Source: Cyanidioschyzon merolae
Lineage: Eukaryota
NCBI GenBank assembly: GCA_000091205.1
Contig: AP006501.2
DNA length: 64,000 nucleotides
Reading direction: 5' to 3' (one strand)
Positions 56,206 to 64,000 of the stretch are shown here, one piece after another (the stretch's first letter is position 1; the number at the start of each line of letters is the position of its first letter). The position numbers were made by a program, and so were the translations under genes. The notes under the pieces were generated by a model, which was given only the letters and a program-made list of their open reading frames with translations, had not been told where the DNA came from and ran no database searches.

Positions 56206-57599
56206 CCCGTCACCCCGATGCCAGATGCAGAGGAAACGAATTCCATGTACGGAACTCGGGTGTATGCGCTATCGTTGGAGTCGCTGTTCCCGGCATCATC
56301 GACATCTGCCTTTGGAGGCGTTTTTCTGGCGCTGTTTCCTTTGCGCATCTCATGTATCTGGCTTTACATACGAAAGTCTCTGGTTTCCTTCAAGTTCTGC
56401 AATCAGAGGTCAATGGATGCTGGAGCCAGCGTTCGAGTCCCGATTTCGCAGCTTCCCGCTATTGCAGACGCATTTCGTTCACAGCATGTAGTTACGATCT
56501 ACACTGCTCTTGCCATTGTCATCTTGTTGGTATTCAGCTTGGGTGCGCTCTATCTATGGGTAACAAGCAGCTGTGGCCTAACATTCGCAGGTAAACGCCA
56601 AACATCTGTTTCCGAGCACCGTCCTGTGATTCGCGAGCGCTAGCTTTATCGCTCGGCGCATGTCTTGGCTGGTACGCAAATCGCTCCTCAATATCCTTCT
56701 TCGAGTTCGCGTCCAGTGCTGTACCCTACGATCACGGGCTTCTTCTGTGCAAAGCCGTTGGCGAGTATTCTGTCCGTCGCTTTCACACACGAATGCTATT
56801 CGATTCGACACAGAATTGGTGAATTTTCATCTTGTCCATTATGCAACAAGTACCGAAAGGAAGATCCGAACTGGAGAACGAGTCATAATTTTCGATTCGT
56901 CTCCAGATCCACCGTGCGAAGCGGAAATCCACACGCTACTGGTAGCGATCGCTGCGATCACGCAAACCGTTCTCTTCGATCCTTTTCCAGGCAAGTAGAA
57001 GCGAAGGAAGCGTCTGGCAGCATATCCCGCGACAAGTATCATACTGCTGTGAAATCTGGTTCCATCGACGGCCACTGACATGGGAGAATTTATCTTTCGG
57101 AAGGAATCCAGTATTTGCGTTTCATATGTTCACTGATCATTCGATATGGACTTGTGAACAAGTCGTCAGTACATGACGGTAGAGACTTTTCCTCCTCCAT
57201 ACGATTGCGCGAATAGCTGGGCCGTCTGCGACTCGCCTGAAAACAGAGCGATCGAAAGCCTGAACCAACCATGATTCTCGCACAGCACACGTACGGACAG
57301 CGCAAGCGTCGAGGCTTGTACGTATGCATTGGATCATGACATTGGATCGTTTACGAAACCCAGTTCGAGGGCGTCGCGCATCATCTTGATTCTGGTCAAG
57401 TAACGAAACCCAGCGGCAACGCATCGATAAAGCCACACCCCGCAACCAAAACCGAGCATCCTGAAACGAGGTCCACATCCCTGGTCCCTTCGAGCTGCAC
57501 TTCGGGTCACCAGACGCTACATCGAAAAAACTTTGAAAAATAAACAAAAAGCTGGAACAGTGCAAACACTTCATTGCTCCATTTTCATGCGTCCGAGTC

Positions 57600-60500
57600 C
57601 TAGAATACCTGCAATACCTCATCAATCGTACCGAATATCGCTTCGAAAAGCGCTTCCTGAGGCATGCCGATTCTGCGCGCGATCTCCTTCCGACGCGGTG
57701 TATCCAGAGACCCGTACAGCTGCAACACATCGCCATCGAGGATAGAGCGCTTCGGTTTCCGAAGACCCGCCGCCACCGTCAAGGAACGCATCACTCGCCA
57801 GGAACGGGCGTACAAACACCATTTGCGAAGCTCCGGCTCCAGCATGAGATCTTGGGCGGCGAGCTCGAGTTTCTTCGCCACGCCGCGTAACAGTGGAGAA
57901 ACCATGGTAATCATCCCGTCAACGGTGCCCAGCAAGATCACATGCGTATTCCAGAGTGACGACGGCTCGTTTGGAGGCGGCGTCTCAGCACTCGGATCAT
58001 CAATGCGTACCCGACGCACCGCGTTCGGCCGCGACCCAACATGGAAACCGGCCTCAAAGGTCATACGCGTTCCACCGGCTGACTCGGGATCCACTGGACT
58101 CGGAATACTCAACTCAATGATGTTGCCAAGCATGTCCGCTGAGAGTACATTCGCCTTGGTACCGTGCATCAACCATTCCGATGCAACCAGTTCACGTTGC
58201 GCCTCATCGCGACAGAGGAAATTCTGCGAAACGTTGCGAGACCTCCAGAAGAGAAACGAAACACCATACCGCATATCCGAAGCGAGAATATACTGTTTCA
58301 ACGTGCCAACATGCGAAAAGAACAAATTAATACCCGGATAAAACGATATACAGGACATTTCGTCCTCGATCAGTTTGTAGACTTCGAGACGCGGTCCAGC
58401 GCTGCAGCACACGAAGCCGCCCTTGACCGGCGCAACCGCCGAAACTGCTCCTTTGACTTCGGTTGCGGCAAGCGTCTGCATCTGGTAGAGGGTTCGCTGG
58501 TGCTGATGGTGCTGGCGGCCCTCTTGTCGACTGATTTCAAAAACAAGCAGGCGACCGCGAATGCTGGTGTCCTCACCCCGCAGGAAGCACGTCCCAACCA
58601 CGAGCACGTCTCGCTCTGTGAAACGTGGTGCCTCGTCGTCGCCGGTGCGCTGAAAATGCCGGATTCTGGTTGCACACATCGCCAGCCCGACCTCGGTCTG
58701 TTCGAGGTCGTAACGCGCCAGCACCTCCAGAGAGTTTCGTGCAAGCAATACGACCGCATGCTGGTCGATCAGCAGCGGCAGATCCCGCTCTCTACCCGAA
58801 TCGAATGGGCGAAGTTTCTGCTCTTCGAAAGCCGCCAGCGCTTTCGGTGGATCATCTGCGACATCACCCGCTACGGACTCGTCGACGCTACGTGCGGTCG
58901 TTGACGGCCAAGGTGTCTCTGCGGTACCGTTAACGCCTCCTGGTGTGGTCATTGCGGATGCACCATTCGCGACGTCGTCCATATCCATGGGCTCCGCCGT
59001 CGACGAGTCGCCACGGGCCCGTATCCCTGCAGTATCACCGCGAGACGCTGGTACTCGACGAGCGTCCGCGTTCAGTAGCAGCGGCTGCGGAGGCTGCATC
59101 CCTGATGAGCGCGTGACTCGGACAGCAGACTCCTCGGCTTCTTGCAGCCCTGGCTCCTGCTGTTGTTCCTGTTGTTCCTGTTGTTGTTGTTGTTTGCGTC
59201 GTGCATGACGTAGCATTGACTCATAGCGATTCCCCTCTAGCAAATACTTGACAGCTGCTTCGGTTGCGGGCACCATACGTCCCACGATCGCTAGAATCGT
59301 GTCCGTAGAGGGATCGTGGAGAAGCCGCTCTACGTATTCGGGCTGCGGCCAGGCGTGCTTCTGCACGAGAAAGTTGCCAACGGCTTGCGCTCGGGCGAGG
59401 ACTGGCCACTGCCCAATACGGACGGTACCGTCCGTCGCCACCGACACAAAACCTTGCGAACATACACCCTCGTGGTGCAGATCCGCGAGCGCAAGCAGCC
59501 CAGGGCCTCGCACCGGGTGGATGGTCGGGTATCCGGTATCTCCGAGCACCAGAATAACCCGTTGACCGATGATGCTGATGCCAGACTTGCCCTGGATACG
59601 CCGGAACGGCATCAGACGAATGGATACGGAACGTCGACTGCTTGCTTTGCTGTCTCGTTCAGGTGCGGTTGTTCCTATTGACGTCGACAGACTCATCGGC
59701 GGCGCATTCGCGGAGACACCGACACTCGGAGTCAACACCGTGCTCAAGGCATCGCTACCGACGCGTGCAAAGCAGAGGATCCCCCGGTTCACAACGTAGC
59801 CGCGATAGAGCACCACCTCACCCGAGGCAAGCACAGCCGCCAGAACTGGACATGTGCGCTCGCCGATGTCGACTAGACAAACGTCGAGCACTTTGCCTTG
59901 TCGGGTGCGTCTCGGGCCAAGCTCTCGGCCGTTCGCAGGCATAGAGCCGAGGCCTTTCGGTGCGTCCTCGCCGGTTGTGGCAGTACGCTTGCGAGGCATA
60001 GACGACGACGACGACGACGACAAAGAAGTCAAACCGGCGCCCTGGCTGGGCGTCGTGGTCCGAGTCCCGCTCTCGAGTGCAGACACCTCGAGCGTTGCTT
60101 CACCGGGCATGCGATGGAGCATGCCCGTCGTACCACCCCTGGGTGATGTCGGCGGAGTCGTCGTTATCGTTGTCGTTGCCGCCGAGGACTCTGCTTCAGC
60201 GTCTGCTTCTGCTGAGGCAGCATCTGTGAAGGACGCAGCTTGTCGCGATCGATCATCCAAAACCTGGTGGACGCCCAGAAAGAAACGCTTGCATCGCAGC
60301 AACAACAAGTTCTTTTCGCTGCCAAGCGCATACAAATACAGGGCACCATCCACGGAAACAACTGCAAGCATGCTGTGCAACGCGGGAACGACAGGCTCCT
60401 CGGGTTGCGAGCCTCGCGCAGTCGTCTCGGGGGTACCGTTGCTGGCTCCCTCGGGAGTCGCATCTGAAACCGCGTCGCTCAGTGCGAGCGCTCCATATAG

Positions 60501-63242
60501 AAATGTCTCCTCTGCGCCCAGTTCAGGGGGTAGATCCGCTCCTGCGAGCGCTCGTTGACCTCGACTCAGTGCAGAGGGCGGTACTGCTCGATGTGTCTCG
60601 CGACTCGACTGGGTTGCTGCTGCAGTCGCCGCTGAGCCCGGTGCTGCGGACGCCCCGCGTCTCCTCAAACGCATTGGCCGTCCAGACGTCCGCAGGTTTC
60701 CAGTGCTTCTCGGTGGTCTGCAAGCGGCCTGAAAATCCCGACACAGCACGCCATCGTAGAGGCTTGCACAGAGCACATGCTCCCTACTGAAAACCAGACT
60801 CAAGCGATAAGTCGTTCGTTCGGCCTCCGCCTCTGAAAAATGCTCCAACCTCCACACCTGTAGACGATGATTCGTGAACCACACCGCAATATACGGATCG
60901 ACCACGCTCGCTCCACTTACAGCTGTCCCCGGCTCAAGGGCGGCCAAGAGCATATCCTCTTCGTAGACGACGTCAAGGTTGGCGTCCAGCAGGCGGATAC
61001 CCGTACGATGCACTTGAGCGATCAGACGTCTCTGGGCTAGATTCCCGGCCGCTATGGTCGGCGACGGAAGCAGCACCCGTGTATCTGCGGCCTGTTCGAA
61101 GCCACGACGGATATCGAGAATCACACTGGACTTGGACAAACTCAACAGAAGGAACGCCTGCTCTTCTTGATGCATCCCAGTGCCGTCGTGATCCGCGTAC
61201 AGGGACCAGACTCGCCGACATCCAGCGGAGGGAATGCGTTGCCACTCCCGAGTCTGCACCTGATAGGTGCAGCGTGCGAGGCAGCTCTGATGTTGATGCC
61301 CTGTTGCAGCCAGGATCTCACCGGGATCCAGCAGCGTACCCGCTGGTGGACTGTAACGCGGGGGAATCACCACCAAATCAACAATCGGACCAAGTTGAAA
61401 GATGGTGTCCCGTTGCTGCAATTCCCATTGTGCTTCTTTGGTAGTCGCGTTTTTGTGCAGTGTCCCGTTCTCTGCAGCTGACGTTCGGGTCCGTCGTCCA
61501 TGCGGGTGCACTTGCGTCATCCGGTACAGTACAGAGGAGCCTAAATGCGCCGCCACAAACAGCAGGTCTCGGCTAAGGAGCTTGGCATCCAGGGGAGCTG
61601 GCGCTAACCGCGACTCTCCGCGAACACGAAGCGCTTCGAGTCGCAGCGGGTATTCTGCATCCGCGTGAAGCGCCAGCTGGTAGACGTTTCCGTCGGCGAG
61701 GAAGAGCCCGTAACGGTGCAAGCGCACCGGCGCGATACATGCACCTCGGAAATGGAGCACTTGTGACGTCCTGCAGCGGCTGATGATGTCGCTGTCGGTG
61801 CCCCCGTACAAGGCGCCCGGGAGCTGGCAACCATCGAGCTCCATGAAGGTATCACCAAAATGATTTCCGCTTAAACTGGCACCGATTTGTCCATTGCCAC
61901 GGATCCAGAACAGCACATTGGCGGCGATTAGCAACAGACCCTGCTCTGCTGCACGATCCCATTCAACAGACGGCAGTGGTACGACTTTTTCTGCGTCGAA
62001 TGGAAGGCCTTGGATTCGCCAGGCAACGAGCGGCTCTTCACCGGCTGCGCCTGCCGGCAGTGGAGGTAGCACAATCGCCGCCAGCGCACACGAGTTGCTC
62101 ACTGCCTCGACGCGGCCTGCCCAGGTCGGTCGTTCTTCGTAGAGCATGACCATGGTCGGCAGTGCGGTTCCGGTTAGGAAGCAGCAGTCCAGAATGCGAA
62201 CATGACCAAGAAGCGCCTCCAACTCGACCGCGTAATAGTAGACTCGATGCGCATCCTGAATGCCTTGATCCCGCTCGGTGATGAGCAGTTTACGGCCACG
62301 CGTCTCTGCGGCGGGTATCCCGGGGAGGATGCGCTCGCTCACTGGCGTTTCTTGGACATCCTCGGTCCAGAGCATTGCTCCTGGTCCATAGGAGGTTCGT
62401 GTATGCGCGTCGCGACCTGCGGTTGGGTCGGCATCGAGGGCGCCTTCGTTGACCACGTCGTCGCGGATGCCGCAATGGGCTAGGGCAGCGCCCGTACCAC
62501 TGCAAAGCGGCGGTGCGAGGATGTACGCTTTGCGCCATGCAGGCACAACCAGTGCACCACAGCGCCCGTCGTTCCACTGGAAATTCGATTCTCTGGACGA
62601 TTCGTTCAAAAAGTCGACCGCAGCTTCGACGGCGTCCACGCAGGTCAGGGGCCGCTCCTCGCCGTAGCCGCCACCACGGCGCCACATGCCGTCACCGAGG
62701 ACTGCGCCCGCCCTCAAGACGACATGCTCTAGGGCCTTGTCAATGGTCAAGGCGGCATCACGAATGCCGTCATCCTGGAGAACATAGACACACTCCTGTG
62801 CAAAACTGTAGACAGCTTGCGCGTACCAGGTCGCAAGCAGCGGTTTGAACTCGACGATCATGGCAATCATGGATACTTGCCCAGCACTACGCGCAACGGC
62901 ACCGCCGCTGAAGCCACTATCAATAGCGACTAGGAGCCAGTCCTTGCGAACTGGTTGCTTCTGGCCCGAAATCCAGACTGGAGACGGGAAACGACTGATG
63001 GAGCCGATGCGCGCAGCGACCTCCGTCTGTGCCACGAGGGTCAGTGTCCCGCGTGCGTCGACTCGGTACAGTTCCAGCCGGTTCAGGTGCGCTACGACCA
63101 GATCAAGCGGCTCGAGCTCGGTTGCCTCTTCCGCGGACTCGGACGCTGGGCTTCCCGAGTGCACGAGCTCGGGGGCAAAGCGCCCGCTCGCCACCGCCAC
63201 GGCACGCGACGCGGGTATTAGTGATTTGTGGATGAGGTCCAT
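57600..63242 (-). CDS. CPSF_A/DDB1-family WD-propeller scaffold, most likely cleavage and polyadenylation specificity factor 160 kDa subunit (CPSF1); alternatives are DDB1 or SF3B3
   Basis: ATG at 63242 checked. N-terminus MDLIHKSLIPASRAVAVASGRFAPELV...LDLVVAHLNRLELYRVDARGTLTLVAQTEV fits the family's first propeller. C-terminus ...ILLGTVDGMITMVSPLL...ILDGDVLQLYGSLDTPRRKEIARRIGMPQEALFEAIFGTIDEVLQVF fits the CPSF_A C-terminal DGDL..F motif. 1880 aa with long low-complexity inserts (polyS, polyQ), which favours CPSF160. Confidence 0.75.
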   Translation of the reverse strand: MDLIHKSLIPASRAVAVASGRFAPELVHSGSPASESAEEATELEPLDLVVAHLNRLELYRVDARGTLTLVAQTEVAARIGSISRFPSPVWISGQKQPVRKDWLLVAIDSGFSGGAVARSAGQVSMIAMIVEFKPLLATWYAQAVYSFAQECVYVLQDDGIRDAALTIDKALEHVVLRAGAVLGDGMWRRGGGYGEERPLTCVDAVEAAVDFLNESSRESNFQWNDGRCGALVVPAWRKAYILAPPLCSGTGAALAHCGIRDDVVNEGALDADPTAGRDAHTRTSYGPGAMLWTEDVQETPVSERILPGIPAAETRGRKLLITERDQGIQDAHRVYYYAVELEALLGHVRILDCCFLTGTALPTMVMLYEERPTWAGRVEAVSNSCALAAIVLPPLPAGAAGEEPLVAWRIQGLPFDAEKVVPLPSVEWDRAAEQGLLLIAANVLFWIRGNGQIGASLSGNHFGDTFMELDGCQLPGALYGGTDSDIISRCRTSQVLHFRGACIAPVRLHRYGLFLADGNVYQLALHADAEYPLRLEALRVRGESRLAPAPLDAKLLSRDLLFVAAHLGSSVLYRMTQVHPHGRRTRTSAAENGTLHKNATTKEAQWELQQRDTIFQLGPIVDLVVIPPRYSPPAGTLLDPGEILAATGHQHQSCLARCTYQVQTREWQRIPSAGCRRVWSLYADHDGTGMHQEEQAFLLLSLSKSSVILDIRRGFEQAADTRVLLPSPTIAAGNLAQRRLIAQVHRTGIRLLDANLDVVYEEDMLLAALEPGTAVSGASVVDPYIAVWFTNHRLQVWRLEHFSEAEAERTTYRLSLVFSREHVLCASLYDGVLCRDFQAACRPPRSTGNLRTSGRPMRLRRRGASAAPGSAATAAATQSSRETHRAVPPSALSRGQRALAGADLPPELGAEETFLYGALALSDAVSDATPEGASNGTPETTARGSQPEEPVVPALHSMLAVVSVDGALYLYALGSEKNLLLLRCKRFFLGVHQVLDDRSRQAASFTDAASAEADAEAESSAATTTITTTPPTSPRGGTTGMLHRMPGEATLEVSALESGTRTTTPSQGAGLTSLSSSSSSSMPRKRTATTGEDAPKGLGSMPANGRELGPRRTRQGKVLDVCLVDIGERTCPVLAAVLASGEVVLYRGYVVNRGILCFARVGSDALSTVLTPSVGVSANAPPMSLSTSIGTTAPERDSKASSRRSVSIRLMPFRRIQGKSGISIIGQRVILVLGDTGYPTIHPVRGPGLLALADLHHEGVCSQGFVSVATDGTVRIGQWPVLARAQAVGNFLVQKHAWPQPEYVERLLHDPSTDTILAIVGRMVPATEAAVKYLLEGNRYESMLRHARRKQQQQQEQQEQQQEPGLQEAEESAVRVTRSSGMQPPQPLLLNADARRVPASRGDTAGIRARGDSSTAEPMDMDDVANGASAMTTPGGVNGTAETPWPSTTARSVDESVAGDVADDPPKALAAFEEQKLRPFDSGRERDLPLLIDQHAVVLLARNSLEVLARYDLEQTEVGLAMCATRIRHFQRTGDDEAPRFTERDVLVVGTCFLRGEDTSIRGRLLVFEISRQEGRQHHQHQRTLYQMQTLAATEVKGAVSAVAPVKGGFVCCSAGPRLEVYKLIEDEMSCISFYPGINLFFSHVGTLKQYILASDMRYGVSFLFWRSRNVSQNFLCRDEAQRELVASEWLMHGTKANVLSADMLGNIIELSIPSPVDPESAGGTRMTFEAGFHVGSRPNAVRRVRIDDPSAETPPPNEPSSLWNTHVILLGTVDGMITMVSPLLRGVAKKLELAAQDLMLEPELRKWCLYARSWRVMRSLTVAAGLRKPKRSILDGDVLQLYGSLDTPRRKEIARRIGMPQEALFEAIFGTIDEVLQVF

Positions 63243-64000
63243 TTCGCTGTCCTACTCGTATTCAAAGGACACGAGGACCGTTCCCGATCCGCAGCGGAGC
63301 GCCCTGCCACCCCAAGAAGCGACGTCAGTAGGAGATTGCCGGGAACATGAGCATACGCGTCGACCTGCGCAGCCGGCAGGCACAGCAGCGGCTTGCGCGT
63401 AGCGTCCTGTGGAGAGGTGTCCATTTATGGAAGTAAAATCCCTAAATGTATACTATAATCCCAACTCCCTGGATGAAACGGCCAGGTCAGCGGCTGCTCT
63501 GCTAGACGCTTTCGCGGTACGCTGGGGTGCAGCGCGTCTCGGATGGGTAGTACGACTGACGGATGCTTCTCGTCACGGATCGGCGAAACGAGTCCATCGA
63601 CAAGGGATACATGATCGCGCTATTGATATGGGCATCGCGGGGAGCGCTTATCACTCTTGATTTCACCGTGAATTTCCATGTGCTTCCATGCGTACTTGGC
63701 CTGGAATATGATGCTGATTTCATTCGCTCTACCAGTACCTGGACAAATGCATCGACGAATGCACCGCACATGATCCCCAGCGCAGTGTACCCGTTTGTGA
63801 TGCCCGATCCTTTCTCCCCAGCGGCAGCATCATCGACGCACACCATGGCGAGGTCAGCGGTGCGCTGATCCCGCTGGTTCCGTTCGCAGCAACTCGGAAG
63901 CGTTCATGGTGCAGTTGCTGCCCGGTCGACGTGCTGTTCGCTTGATGCACCCTGAACAAGAGCGAGCTTTGCGTGAACCTTCAAAGAAAGGGAAACGAGT

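Noticed and set aside
56107-56643. 178-aa + ORF starting inside the 128-bp array
   Set aside because: It initiates within a tandem repeat unit and has no homology. A hydrophobic stretch alone is insufficient, so it was left uncalled.
1-64000. A novel prokaryote-type defence or mobile system, as hinted in the task
   Set aside because: The window is eukaryotic nuclear DNA with ordinary housekeeping genes and no operonic clustering. I could not identify any multi-gene system. The novel candidates are limited to the items listed under findings.

Overview
GC-rich eukaryotic nuclear DNA (I estimate high-50s % GC by eye; not computed). It is not prokaryotic: I see no operons, CRISPR or defence islands. 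About 21 protein-coding genes lie on both strands, roughly one per 3 kb, and all appear intronless as uninterrupted ORFs, including ribosomal protein L12. Most are housekeeping genes: a PPR-like protein (5' end at or beyond the window edge), GDT1/TMEM165, a YjeF-N protein, REV1, RPL12, a SLOG/DprA-like Rossmann protein, MED10, NADH-cytochrome b5 reductase, GLTP, glutaminyl-tRNA synthetase, a DHHC palmitoyltransferase, a UBL-STI1-FKBP fusion, a 3729-aa VPS13-like lipid-transfer protein, a prenylcysteine-oxidase-like flavoprotein, a TEY MAP kinase, a sterol-desaturase-family hydroxylase and a CPSF160/DDB1-family propeller protein. The supplied ORF track uses GTG and TTG as starts, so I moved several gene starts to the first in-frame ATG, which I checked in the sequence. 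The structures not explained by genes are a pair of 810-bp near-identical direct repeats 10,737 bp apart, each just upstream of a lipid-transfer gene (GLTP and VPS13); three AT-richer tandem minisatellite arrays (86 bp x ~5.7, 144 bp x 7, 128 bp x ~4) in intergenic regions; and many in-frame coding microsatellites (polyQ, polyA, polyS, (AP)n, (GT)n). I found no convincing multi-gene novel system; the most unusual single items are the UBL-FKBP fusion, the SLOG/DprA-like protein, the degenerate YjeF-N protein and the 810-bp dispersed element. The lineage cannot be fixed from the sequence alone; an intron-poor, GC-rich eukaryote such as an ustilaginomycete fungus or an intron-poor unicellular alga fits the density and composition.
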